Origin: an uncultured Hyphomicrobiales bacterium
GTDB taxonomy: Bacteria; Bacteroidota; Ignavibacteria; Kapaibacteriales; UBA2268
Assembly: GCA_964464375.1 (NCBI GenBank)
Contig: CAYXFU010000012.1
Span: 15,800 to 79,799 of the forward strand
Direction: 5' to 3'
DNA length: 64,000 nt
Shown here: one piece after another, positions 1-9,366 of the stretch
Position numbering within the stretch: the stretch's first letter is position 1
How the letters are laid out: each line of letters starts with the position of its first letter
The notes under the pieces: model-generated
The model's input: only the letters and a program-made list of their open reading frames with translations
What the model was told of the DNA's origin: nothing
Database searches by the model: none
Made by a program: the position numbers and the translations under genes

Positions 1-352
1 TCCGCCAGAACGACTTTATCGCGTAGCGATTATATATTTAACCTCTCCGATGTAATAATTATTTCGTGGGTTCCGTTTTCTACCAATATCAAATCCCTAA
101 CGGGATTGATGAGAAAGATTAAATTGTATTCTGTATTTTCCCCTCTTGAGAGGGGATTAAGGGGTGTGAAGATTTCAGAAATGTAGAACAAATCCCGTAA
201 GGGATGAAAATAATATCGCGTAGCGATTAAATATTGGTAGCACAATGTCCGCCAGAAAGAACTTATCGCGTAGCGATTATATATTTAACCTCTGCTAGGT
301 AATAATTATTGCGTGGGTTTGGTTTTCTACCAATATCAAATCCCTATGGGAT
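1..352. repeat. Cluster of REP-like palindromes with a ~105-bp imperfect direct duplication (1-105 vs 248-352)
   Basis: tccgccagaa..tatcgcgtagcgattatatatttaacctct..tttctaccaatatcaaatcccta recurs at 1 and 248. Short hairpins atcgc-gta-gcgat (x3) and atccc-N3/4-gggat (x3). GC-rich tcccctcttgagagggga..ggggtgtg at 139-168. Confidence 0.8.
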
Positions 353-562
353 AGAAGGAGAATTGAATTAAAATTAAATAAATGACCTGACATTTACTAA
401 TTAATCTTAATTATCCTTACATTCATATTATAAATTATTACTGTGCTTTAATCATCAAGAACATGGTAAACAATTTTTGATTAATATCTTTACTCAAACA
501 AATTGAAAAAAAAATGATATTTTTGTTAGATTGATTTTTTCAAGAAATTAAATTGACTCTTA

Positions 563-2233
563 ATGCAGAAATATAAATTCATTTTCACTATATTATTAAT
601 CTCGATCCTCTCTGGTTTTGTGCAGGCTCAGGACGAAGAATATAACCCTGCACCCGGATCGAAGTGCGGTACATTCCAAACAAGCAGATTTCAGCCTGAC
701 CCCAAAAAGAGAAATGACAGAATCCTCAATAGCAGACCGGCTTTGCAAAAACAAGAAGTTTCGGCATCAGGATTATTCCTGATACATTTTGACACTACTG
801 GTCATAATGCTGTTCCGATGAATGATGACGACAAGAATGGTAATTCTGATTTTGTAGATTCAGCTTTGATTTTCATTGATTATGTATATGATGTTGAAGT
901 TAATCAGATGCATTATCTGAAACCCAAAACTGACAATGGTGTAGGTTCTTCCGATGCCTATGATATCTATTTGGTTAATATTGGCGACGGTGGTGATCAG
1001 GGTGAAGGACTTTATGGATACACTGACGCTGAAGATGAATATTCATCTACTTTCAACAGACCAAAATTTACTTCCTACATAGTTATCGATAATGATTTCT
1101 CCCAAAGAGATTCTACGAACCAGAACGGGAAGAAATACAGAACCTTTAACGATACAGGATATACAGCTTTAAAGATAACCCTGGCACATGAATATCATCA
1201 TGCAGTTCAATTTGCTTACGGGCAGGATTACACTTCGCCTTCATTAAATGAGATGACAAGTACCTGGATGGAGATTAGATTGGTTCCTTACACAAAAGAT
1301 TATCTTCAATATGTCCGTTCTCTATTTCGTGAACCAAGATCATGGCCTTTTGGCAATGGAATAGCAGAAACAGGGTATAGATATTCGATCTTTGGAGAAT
1401 ATCTTCATACAAATTTCGGTGATAGTGTTTTACTTAGAATGTGGGAACGAATTGCTTTAGGAGTACAGGGATACAAAGCTTTGGATAGTGCTCTGATTGA
1501 TAAAAATACTTCGTTAGCAGAAGAATGGTGCAAGCAACTAGAATGGTTTTACTTCACAGGCAAAAGAGCAAAAGAGAATCAATATTTCAAAATGGCTTCA
1601 CAGTTTCCTTTAGTCACATTATACAAAGATGAAGAATTCAATGAACCATCCTTTACACATTCAGGTGGTCTGTTGGCTTATGAATTCCGCTTTCTCAGAG
1701 TAAGATATGATTATCCGGATTTCAACACAACATCCGATACTGCAGATATATTAATTACTGATACAGACACCGAATCTGCCGTAAAGCAAGGAACTAGAGA
1801 AATGCCATATACAGTTGCAGTTTCATCAACTCCACTGACTGATTCCCGCGAATTCGGCAAGAATAAAAAATACTATTATCAGTTGTTAACTCCTCAATCA
1901 AATATATGCGATGCGTTGTTCTATTCCGGTGGCGATATTACCAAGCTAATCGGTTATGCTTATCCAAACCCATTTGTCAAAACGCAAGATCAGGATATGT
2001 TCTTTCCCGCACCTGACGGAGCAACAATAAATTCTAAGGTGGAATTCTATATACTTAATTCTTCTATGGAAAAGGTTTTCGAATCATCAACGATGGTAGT
2101 TGGACTGGATAATCAACAAAACAGAGTAATAATCTTCAGCAAAGAGCTAATGAATTTTTCAACGGGAGTTTACATATTTCATTCAAAGTATGGAAATAAT
2201 GAATGCTCAGGAAAATTTGCTATAATTCAATAG
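563..2233 (+). CDS. Secreted zinc metalloprotease (MXAN_6640-like) with T9SS-type C-terminal domain
   Basis: Signal peptide; AHEYHH zincin motif followed by EMTSTWME; C-terminal YPNPF...GVYIF...GKFAII. Confidence 0.75.
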   Translation: MQKYKFIFTILLISILSGFVQAQDEEYNPAPGSKCGTFQTSRFQPDPKKRNDRILNSRPALQKQEVSASGLFLIHFDTTGHNAVPMNDDDKNGNSDFVDSALIFIDYVYDVEVNQMHYLKPKTDNGVGSSDAYDIYLVNIGDGGDQGEGLYGYTDAEDEYSSTFNRPKFTSYIVIDNDFSQRDSTNQNGKKYRTFNDTGYTALKITLAHEYHHAVQFAYGQDYTSPSLNEMTSTWMEIRLVPYTKDYLQYVRSLFREPRSWPFGNGIAETGYRYSIFGEYLHTNFGDSVLLRMWERIALGVQGYKALDSALIDKNTSLAEEWCKQLEWFYFTGKRAKENQYFKMASQFPLVTLYKDEEFNEPSFTHSGGLLAYEFRFLRVRYDYPDFNTTSDTADILITDTDTESAVKQGTREMPYTVAVSSTPLTDSREFGKNKKYYYQLLTPQSNICDALFYSGGDITKLIGYAYPNPFVKTQDQDMFFPAPDGATINSKVEFYILNSSMEKVFESSTMVVGLDNQQNRVIIFSKELMNFSTGVYIFHSKYGNNECSGKFAIIQ

Positions 2234-2251
2234 ATGGAATGAGAATTGAAC

Positions 2252-2881
2252 ATGAAAAAATTTGAACTGACCGGAAATAATTTAAGCAAAAGCTTTATTC
2301 GCAATAGATTTATCTTTCGCGATATTTCAATCAGTTTAACCAATTCTAAAATGATTTCAATCGGAGGCGAAAACGGTTCCGGTAAGACAACTATGCTAAA
2401 GATTTTATCAGGGATTATCCCGCCAACTTCCGGGCAGGTTACACTTAATATTGATGGGAAGCTGATTCCGAAGGATAAAATTTCTGAAAGTATTGGATTT
2501 GTTTCTCCATACTTAATTCTTTATGAGGAATTCTCACCCATCGAGCATTTGCAGCTTTTTGCGAAGTTCCATGCATTAACGTTCGACATGGATTGGGCAA
2601 TCAGTATGCTTAAATCTTTCAATCTTGAAAAGAGAAGAAACGATCAGATAAAGACTTTTTCATCGGGAATGAAACAGAGAGTTAAGTATTTGGTCGCACT
2701 ACAGCATAAACCTGATCTGCTGTTTCTGGATGAACCCTTTACTAATCTGGACAAAGCCGGAATTGACCGCGTGATCGAGATAGCCCAAAACCAAAGAGAC
2801 ATTGGTGGTGGTGTAATAATAGCATCAAATGATGAACGAGAAAAAGCTCTCTGCTCAGAAACAGTAATCCTGTCTTCTTAA
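2252..2881 (+). CDS. ABC transporter ATP-binding protein (CcmA-like)
   Basis: Walker A GENGSGKTT, signature FSSGMKQR, Walker B LLFLDEP. Confidence 0.85.
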   Translation: MKKFELTGNNLSKSFIRNRFIFRDISISLTNSKMISIGGENGSGKTTMLKILSGIIPPTSGQVTLNIDGKLIPKDKISESIGFVSPYLILYEEFSPIEHLQLFAKFHALTFDMDWAISMLKSFNLEKRRNDQIKTFSSGMKQRVKYLVALQHKPDLLFLDEPFTNLDKAGIDRVIEIAQNQRDIGGGVIIASNDEREKALCSETVILSS

Positions 2882-2950
2882 ACACAAAATTTGTATTATA
2901 CTTTATCAATCCTTTGAAAACACTTTTTCATTTGTGTCATTTCCGTGCAT

Positions 2951-3097
2951 GAGACTGTGTGAAAAGTCTGATTTAGAGGTCATTCCGAACGTAGTGAGGA
3001 ATCCATGTATTTGTATTTACTTGCAAAAAACAGCCTGGATTCTCACGGTCGCTACGCTCCCTCAGAATGACAAAATCTATAGTTTCCACATAGTTTC
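2951..3097. mobile_element. MITE-like element (imperfect 17-bp TIRs, AT duplication) containing a gtcattcc..gaatgac REP pair
   Basis: gagactgtgtgaaaagt (2951) vs revcomp of agtttccacatagtttc (3081-3097), 13/17 match. AT on both sides. Inner 2979-3073 nearly identical to 15791-15884. Confidence 0.6.
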
Positions 3098-3173
3098 ATT
3101 CGCAGGAATAACAGACTGGGTTCTGAATTAACTCAATTAATATTGTTTCACGGAATAAACTGGATTAGTACTA

Positions 3174-4151
3174 TTAGCCTACTGATTCAACAAGTTTAGC
3201 CACTATATCCATTGTGCTTACATTGTCGGCTTCGGCATTGAAGTTGGTAACGATTCTATGGCGAAGGACTGGCAGAGTAACAGCTTTCACATCATTGATG
3301 TCGGGAGTATAACGTCCGGAAATTGCGGCTCTGGCTTTTGCACCGAGAATCAAATACTGAGATGCTCTGGGACCTGCACCATAACTTATGAAATCCTTTA
3401 CCATCTGATGTGAATCCTTTGACGGACGTGTTGTTCTAACCAGATTGACACTGTAATTGATTACATTGTCTGCAACTGGGACACTACGGATAAGCTCCTG
3501 AAATTCAATAATCTGAGCGGCTGTAAGAACTTTGTGAACTTCCGGGTAGTACTGGGCTGTTGTGGATTTCACAATCTGTACTTCCTCATCGTGAGATGGG
3601 TAATCCAACCAGAGATTAAACATAAATCTATCTAATTGAGCCTCTGGCAATGGATACGTACCTTCCTGCTCGATTGGGTTCTGTGTTGCTAGAACAAAAA
3701 ATGGTTCTTCCAATTTATAAGTTGTGCCTGCTGCTGTAACTGCATGTTCCTGCATAGCTTCAAGTAATGCAGACTGAGTTTTTGGAGGAGTACGGTTTAT
3801 CTCATCTGCTAAAAGAATATTCCCAAAAATAGGACCTTTAACAAATTTAAATTGCTTATGACCTGTGCTGATATTATCTTCAATAATTTCAGTCCCGGTG
3901 ATGTCACTCGGCATCAGATCGGGTGTGAACTGGATTCTGCTGAACTTCAGATCCATTGCTTCGGCAAGAGTCCTGATTAGCAGTGTTTTTGCTAATCCCG
4001 GAACACCGATAAGAAGGCAGTGACCTTTTGAAAACAGTGAAATCAGCAACTGATCTATTATATCGGTTTGCCCGACAATTACTTTCGAAATTTCCTTTTT
4101 AACTTTATCAATAGCAGAACCAAGCTCGTGAATTTTTTGTACGTCGTCCAT
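3174..4151 (-). CDS. moxR: MoxR family AAA+ ATPase
   Basis: GVPGLAKT, RIQFTPDLMPSDITG, LADEINR, ATQNPIEQEGTYPLPEAQLDRF. Confidence 0.93.
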   Translation of the reverse strand: MDDVQKIHELGSAIDKVKKEISKVIVGQTDIIDQLLISLFSKGHCLLIGVPGLAKTLLIRTLAEAMDLKFSRIQFTPDLMPSDITGTEIIEDNISTGHKQFKFVKGPIFGNILLADEINRTPPKTQSALLEAMQEHAVTAAGTTYKLEEPFFVLATQNPIEQEGTYPLPEAQLDRFMFNLWLDYPSHDEEVQIVKSTTAQYYPEVHKVLTAAQIIEFQELIRSVPVADNVINYSVNLVRTTRPSKDSHQMVKDFISYGAGPRASQYLILGAKARAAISGRYTPDINDVKAVTLPVLRHRIVTNFNAEADNVSTMDIVAKLVESVG

Positions 4152-4305
4152 AAATCAAAATATTTTTAGTAAATAACAAGTTGATTTAGACGCAATACGC
4201 TTAAGTAAATTGAATTGTTTCATCAAAATCATCGTTTCCGAATAATCTGTTAATCGAATTTGTTGATATTTTTGTAAGTTTATATTTGGCTGGAAATGAA
4301 TTTTA

Positions 4306-4401
4306 GTAGAACAAACATCCTTGTTTGTTAACTAAATTGGTTTAAAAAAAATGAAAATATTTTACCGATTTTGATTTGGTCAAGCAGGATGCTTGACCTA
4401 C
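4306..4401. repeat. GTAG-type REP inverted doublet (REPIN-like)
   Basis: gtagaacaaacatccttgtttgtt (4306) and ggtcaagcaggatgcttgacctac (4378-4401) face each other. Same family at 13444-13501. Confidence 0.75.
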
Positions 4402-4424
4402 TATAAATTAATTTAATTTTGATT

Positions 4425-5654
4425 ATGAAAAAGTTAAGACATATTTATTTAGTTGTAATTCTTGTGCTCCTTGTCTGTGGCTGTTCCAAGCAAGAAGAAC
4501 CACAGGGATATAATTCCCATGGTGGGACCAACAGAACCAATAATTATGAGGAATTAGGGAGTTTTTACAAAAATGCTTTTTATATCGACAAATATGATAT
4601 TGCAGATAAATCAGGTTGTATGATTCCTCCTCTGGCTCTGGAACGCGGACGTATGGCTGTTACAACCGTTAATGGTACACTTGCAATGTTGTCGGGTCAA
4701 AAAGTTGAATGGATTGTTAAGCTCGATACTGGCAAAATTGTTACGGCAGGAATGGCTGGTGACAAAGATCAGAACATATATCTGATTACAAGTGATGGGA
4801 CTATAAGCTCATATTCAACCGATGGGAAACTTCGCTGGAAGTATCTTCACGATAGTCTGAAAGCACAGAATAAAATTTATTCTGATTTGCTGACTTTGAA
4901 GGATGGACTTGTCGTTGCAGCATCACCCGGTATCCTTTTCAAACTTGGTTTCGATGGGAAAAAACTATGGGATTACAATTTCGTTCAGCAGACAATGAAG
5001 ACATTCTGTGCCGATAAGAACGGGAATATCACGATAGTCGCTACCCAAAACATGTATGGAAAAGCAGATACGGTTCATTATGTTAATTCGAAAGGCAAAT
5101 TGATCTGGAAAAAGGGATTCGATAAAACCAGAATTCTTAAGGGAGCTATCACAACAGGCAAGCTAATCATTTTCCAGGCAAGTTATGATATTTATCAGGA
5201 TAAACTTTATAAAATAATCGCTCTCGATACAACCGGGGCACTGGCATGGGAAAAGGAACTGACGATTACACCCAGATACATTTCAGCAGGGACAGACTGC
5301 AGCATCTACTTTGTTGGCTATAATGCCGGGGTAGGTGAGTCTATAAGTGGCATTTACTGCTTTGATTTGAAGGGCAAGATGCTTTGGAAACAGTATCTGG
5401 ACAACACTATAACAACTCCTGTGCTTGTCAGCAAAGAAAATATTGCTGTTCTGGGAGTTAAGCGGAACACAATCGGAATGTTCTTTTTGGATAAAATGGG
5501 AAATCTTATAAAAACTGTGTCACTGAGCGATGCGCCAATTTTCACTCAAGTTCCGTTTGTTCTTCCTGATCCTGTCGTGGCTTTCGCCGGATCGGATGAA
5601 TTCTTCATCCTTAGGATTGATGACAATGCAGTAGATAAGATTCTGCCGTGGTAG
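4425..5654 (+). CDS. Lipoprotein with PQQ-like beta-propeller repeats
   Basis: Lipobox-like LVCGC; repeated DGKLRW/GKKLW/GKLIW/GKMLW motifs. Confidence 0.75.
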   Translation: MKKLRHIYLVVILVLLVCGCSKQEEPQGYNSHGGTNRTNNYEELGSFYKNAFYIDKYDIADKSGCMIPPLALERGRMAVTTVNGTLAMLSGQKVEWIVKLDTGKIVTAGMAGDKDQNIYLITSDGTISSYSTDGKLRWKYLHDSLKAQNKIYSDLLTLKDGLVVAASPGILFKLGFDGKKLWDYNFVQQTMKTFCADKNGNITIVATQNMYGKADTVHYVNSKGKLIWKKGFDKTRILKGAITTGKLIIFQASYDIYQDKLYKIIALDTTGALAWEKELTITPRYISAGTDCSIYFVGYNAGVGESISGIYCFDLKGKMLWKQYLDNTITTPVLVSKENIAVLGVKRNTIGMFFLDKMGNLIKTVSLSDAPIFTQVPFVLPDPVVAFAGSDEFFILRIDDNAVDKILPW

Positions 5655-5708
5655 TATAATAATTAAGAATTGATAATTAATAATTAATATTTAAGAATGA
5701 ATAATTAA

Positions 5709-5891
5709 GTGAAAAGCATGAAACTAAATAAGGATAATATGCCAATTAAAGATAAAGTCTCCCTAATAGAAAAATTGAGGGGTTCATTTAAAGCACCTGA
5801 TAATTTGGATTATAAACAAGAATTAACAAAGATCCTGTTAGAAAAATATGGAGAATTATCTGAAAACGATAATACTTTAAAGATTAGCTAG
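5709..5891 (+). pseudogene. Orphan or truncated DUF6364-like antitoxin (C-terminal half)
   Basis: LRGSFKAPDNLDYKQELTKILLEKY resembles the C-terminus of Bacteroidota DUF6364 antitoxins. No N-terminal DNA-binding part or PIN toxin seen. Confidence 0.45.
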
Positions 5892-5954
5892 TTAAACGAA
5901 AAAATATTTTTAAAGAGCCAAAATAAATTGGCAGATGCGTTGTCAATGAATATG
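5885..5954 (+). repeat. 70-bp direct repeat copy 1, contains sigma54-like TTGGCA-N6-TTG
   Basis: 68/70 identical to 6969-7038; motif at 5928-5942. Confidence 0.85.
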
Positions 5955-6044
5955 GATAAGAAAATGATGAGATTAGTTGAGTTTTTCATGATAAACTCGT
6001 AAGATTCCGGGCTGTAAATAGGGCAATTACAGCCCGTTTTTTTT
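5955..6044 (+). ncRNA. Candidate small RNA 1 (putative sigma54-dependent)
   Basis: Lies between the -24/-12-like motif and the hairpin cgggctgtaa/ttacagcccg + T8. Confidence 0.4.
6008..6044 (+). terminator. Intrinsic terminator
   Basis: 10-bp stem cgggctgtaa..ttacagcccg followed by 8 T. Confidence 0.8.
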
Positions 6045-6205
6045 ATACAATCTATTCCTCAGGCTCTCAAAACGTGGATAATTTTTCGCAGGCTGATACA
6101 AGTGTTATGAATAGTAATATTCATTAGTGGTTTTTCTTCAGAATCAAGGATACAATTTTTGATATATTATAAGTTAAATATTAGAAACAATTGATTCTTT
6201 GAAAG

Positions 6206-6523
6206 TTAAATAATTCTAATTCCATGGGCGAGAATTTCTTTAACGAATGGATTGTCCTCTGTAAAATCTTCAGGACGGTAGGGATGGGGTTCTATCTCAA
6301 AACTTGAATTATCTTTAGCATAAAAAAGCTTCTGATTGTCATAGAATCTTATACCTTCAAAATCATCGGATACAACTGCTAAGTCAATATCACTCCACTT
6401 GTGATTAGTTCCTTTAGCATAACTTCCGAACAAAACAGCTTGAGAAATTGAAATATTATCTTCTTGGGCTGCATCAATAAATTTTTTTATCAATTTTTTT
6501 ATTTTATCAGGGATTTCAACCAT
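6206..6523 (-). CDS. Minimal nucleotidyltransferase (MNT) antitoxin-like
   Basis: LFGSYAKG..SDIDLAVVS Pol-beta motif; overlaps the HEPN gene. Confidence 0.9.
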   Translation of the reverse strand: MVEIPDKIKKLIKKFIDAAQEDNISISQAVLFGSYAKGTNHKWSDIDLAVVSDDFEGIRFYDNQKLFYAKDNSSFEIEPHPYRPEDFTEDNPFVKEILAHGIRII

Positions 6524-6891
6524 GAAAAATGCTCCTTGATTTTGTTAAAATTTTGAAAAGTGAATTCTCTTGTAGCTAATTTATAAAATTTAAATTTATC
6601 ATCAGGATATCGACTTTCTAAATTAAATTCGGTGACAATATCCAGAAATTTCTTTTGTTCTGTAGTCAAAATTATATTAGAAAGCTCAGCTAATCTAACC
6701 AAATTATGTATTTTGGGAGGTATTAAATTTTTTGTTTCTTTAATAAAAATTGCTTTTAGAAGCTTTTCAATAGCCAAATGACTAATAAATAAACACCAAT
6801 CGTTGTGACCTATGTTTAAGTTATCTTGAGCCGCCTTCAGATTTTGATCAGCGCTTTCAATCCAGTAAGATATATGTTCTTCTATAGTCAT
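6499..6891 (-). CDS. HEPN domain protein
   Basis: W..SA..L..A, HLAIEKLLKA, PPKIHNL, ESRYP. Start taken at MTIEEH (ATG 6891). Confidence 0.88.
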   Translation of the reverse strand: MTIEEHISYWIESADQNLKAAQDNLNIGHNDWCLFISHLAIEKLLKAIFIKETKNLIPPKIHNLVRLAELSNIILTTEQKKFLDIVTEFNLESRYPDDKFKFYKLATREFTFQNFNKIKEHFSWLKSLIK

Positions 6892-6968
6892 TAATTTTAT
6901 TAAACGATATGAAATTAGAATTATTTCTTTTTTTAGAACACCCTGATGCAAAACCTTCATTAAAAAAA

Positions 6969-7038
6969 TAGCTAGTTAAACGAAAATATATTTTTACAGA
7001 GCCAAAATAAATTGGCAGATGCGTTGTCAATGAATATG
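6969..7038 (+). repeat. 70-bp direct repeat copy 2, contains sigma54-like motif
   Basis: 68/70 identical to 5885-5954; TTGGCA-N6-TTG at 7012-7026. Confidence 0.85.
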
Positions 7039-7110
7039 ATTAAACAATTATGTTAAAATAGGTTGATTCCTATACGGGCTGGTAAAAATTTAGTACCAGC
7101 CTGTTTTTTT
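7039..7110 (+). ncRNA. Candidate small RNA 2 ending in an intrinsic terminator (7074-7110)
   Basis: Same layout as copy 1; hairpin acgggctggta/taccagcctgt + T-run. Confidence 0.4.
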
Positions 7111-7120
7111 ATTTACTGTG

Positions 7121-7142
7121 TTTCGATACTGTCCTGAATGGA
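7121..7142. repeat. 22-bp direct repeat (second copy at 8054-8075), duplicated 3' end of the nuclease gene
   Basis: tttcgatactgtcctgaatgga is exact at both sites. Confidence 0.9.
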
Positions 7143-7149
7143 ACTGAAT

Positions 7150-8019
7150 TTATTTTGAATAAATGTATTCGTATTTCCAAAAAGGTTCATTGCGTTCATC
7201 AAAATCAATTTTTTCAATTAGATTTCCTAGAAAATCATATTGATATGTTTCTTTGAAAGTTAATTTTAAAACACCATGAATGTTTTGTTTTTTTTCTACT
7301 TCAACTATGTTCATATTAACATCATATTTGAATTTTACAATCTTATAAAGATATCCTTCATAATCGTCATATGTAATTTTTTCAATCAAACGATCTTTTT
7401 CATCATATTCAAAGGTCTGAACCAACCAACCTGACCCAGATTCTAATGTGTCGAAAGTCTTAATTTTTCTACCTTTATTGTCATATTCAAAATATAACTT
7501 ACTGTCAATATCAGGATCGAAGGTTTTTCTATCAGAAATTGAACCACTAACACCGTAATTAACTTCTTCAATTTTATTTCTTTTATCATCATACCTGTAA
7601 ATATTTTTATCGTAAAGTGTTCCATTTGGAGTGAATGTCAATTCTTCGATTCTGTTTCCCTTGTCATCATATTTATATACTTTTCTAGAAGTATGCTTTT
7701 TAGCTTCATACGAATTTTCTTCAATTTTGTTATTTCTATCATCATATTTAATATTTACTCTAATTCCATCTGGACCTTTGTTGTAATAATAATATTTGAC
7801 TACCTCAATAGGAAGACCTTTATTATTAAACTTGGAAAATCTGTACTTTTGTTTTGATTTTAGAGATAACTCACCGTATTGGAACTTATAGACAAAAACT
7901 GAGCATTTAGTATATCCACCTTTAGCACTGTCTATATCTCTATCATCAGATTGAGAAATAAGAAAAGATGACGGGAATAATAAAAAAAAGATTAAAACCC
8001 ACAAATAAACATTCTTCAT
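7150..8019 (-). CDS. Secreted YD/RHS-like repeat protein
   Basis: Signal peptide; repeated Y.YDDKGN.IEE motifs; very AT-rich. Start taken at MKNVYL. Confidence 0.75.
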   Translation of the reverse strand: MKNVYLWVLIFFLLFPSSFLISQSDDRDIDSAKGGYTKCSVFVYKFQYGELSLKSKQKYRFSKFNNKGLPIEVVKYYYYNKGPDGIRVNIKYDDRNNKIEENSYEAKKHTSRKVYKYDDKGNRIEELTFTPNGTLYDKNIYRYDDKRNKIEEVNYGVSGSISDRKTFDPDIDSKLYFEYDNKGRKIKTFDTLESGSGWLVQTFEYDEKDRLIEKITYDDYEGYLYKIVKFKYDVNMNIVEVEKKQNIHGVLKLTFKETYQYDFLGNLIEKIDFDERNEPFWKYEYIYSK

Positions 8020-8048
8020 GTTAAACCTACTATGAGTTTTATTAATCA

Positions 8049-8882
8049 TTATCTTTCGATACTGTCCTGAATGGACTTGGGTATTAAGCTAAGAAAATCA
8101 TAGCCGGTACTTGCTTCGATTCTATCTACAGTTGTTTTGTACTCATCCCAATTATGTTTAAGTATTCCTTTAATATTAGGCATTGCAATAGCTATTACCT
8201 GAGTATTGCCGTTAACATCCTTTAGTGATTGCCCGGGATTGAGTACGACAACAATTTTGAAACAAGAGTCCGGAACGACAACGCCGTTGCCGATAGTATT
8301 CTTAGTGTGGTTGATTCCTCCGGCAACGATAAACAGCTCCTTACCACTATCGCGGCAAAGACTATTGCAGTAATTCTCGAACTTAAGCCATACACCTCGG
8401 TTAAGATCGGGTGTTTGAGGAATTACATTAGTGAGAAGAAACGTTGATTTGTTGTCAGCCTTAGTTTGTGTTCGCTCTTCGGACATTACCATGTGACCGC
8501 GGTCATATCCTGAGTTTGTGTAGTCTGAATGTTTAACGCGGTAGAAACCTACGGGTAGGGAAGTATCGGAAATAAAACTCCCGGAATAGCGTGATACATC
8601 GCCAAACCAGCCGGAATCCAATTCCCATGCAACCCAATTGCAGATGTTAGTATTTTTATTATAACTTATTACATACTGATCACGTATGATGATGTAATCA
8701 TCCGAAGAATCTTTGTCGAACGGGACGCCAAGAACAGCATGAATACTCTGAACCCATGGATAATGGTTTATAGGTTTTGATGTATCTGTTTGGTTCGCAT
8801 TATCTCCAGGTCGAGTATCTTTCTTATCACCGCATGATATCAAAAAAATTATCATAAGCAGTGAGTATATGTAGCTTTTCAT
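8049..8882 (-). CDS. DNA/RNA non-specific endonuclease lipoprotein (NucA/EndoG family)
   Basis: Lipobox LISC; SGYDRGHM active site; N..PQ...LNRGVW. Confidence 0.92.
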   Translation of the reverse strand: MKSYIYSLLMIIFLISCGDKKDTRPGDNANQTDTSKPINHYPWVQSIHAVLGVPFDKDSSDDYIIIRDQYVISYNKNTNICNWVAWELDSGWFGDVSRYSGSFISDTSLPVGFYRVKHSDYTNSGYDRGHMVMSEERTQTKADNKSTFLLTNVIPQTPDLNRGVWLKFENYCNSLCRDSGKELFIVAGGINHTKNTIGNGVVVPDSCFKIVVVLNPGQSLKDVNGNTQVIAIAMPNIKGILKHNWDEYKTTVDRIEASTGYDFLSLIPKSIQDSIER

Positions 8883-8997
8883 AATATTTTAATAAATTGA
8901 ATTTATAATAAATAATTACAAAGATAATAGTTATGAAGTAGCAGGATGTCGCATGACTTCATAAAAAGTAATAATTACTAGAAATCCAAGATCGAAA

Positions 8998-9213
8998 CTA
9001 ATCATCATTCAGCGCATTTTCCCATAATACTCTAAAGTCCTGACGTGCTGTTTCAGCCTCTTCTTTGGTATCATAAGCAATACTTTCAACCGGATTATCG
9101 CAGACAATATTGAACGAAAATTTATCTGATGCCTGTTTTGACATTCCTACTTGTGATAACGAATGAATTGAGACCAGTTTTATATCAATTCCATTATATT
9201 CAATTATTCTCAA
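8998..9213 (-). CDS. Small hypothetical protein
   Basis: 71-aa ORF with SD-like GAGG before a TTG start and a TATATTTG-like box upstream. Confidence 0.55.
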   Translation of the reverse strand: MRIIEYNGIDIKLVSIHSLSQVGMSKQASDKFSFNIVCDNPVESIAYDTKEEAETARQDFRVLWENALNDD

Positions 9214-9366
9214 CTTTGAACCTCATTTATTATTAATTTTACCAATCAATACAAATATACTTGTTTTTAGGATGCAAAATGTAACAAGTTTAAAATAAGG
9301 TAAAAAAATCTAGAAATGCAAGTTATATATTCTGATCTTTATGCAGGATTATATGATAAACAACTA

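Noticed and set aside
30-245. 71-aa ORF
   Set aside because: Made entirely of REP palindromes read through; no protein features.
2934-3131. 65-aa ORF
   Set aside because: Coincides with the MITE/REP nest; spurious.
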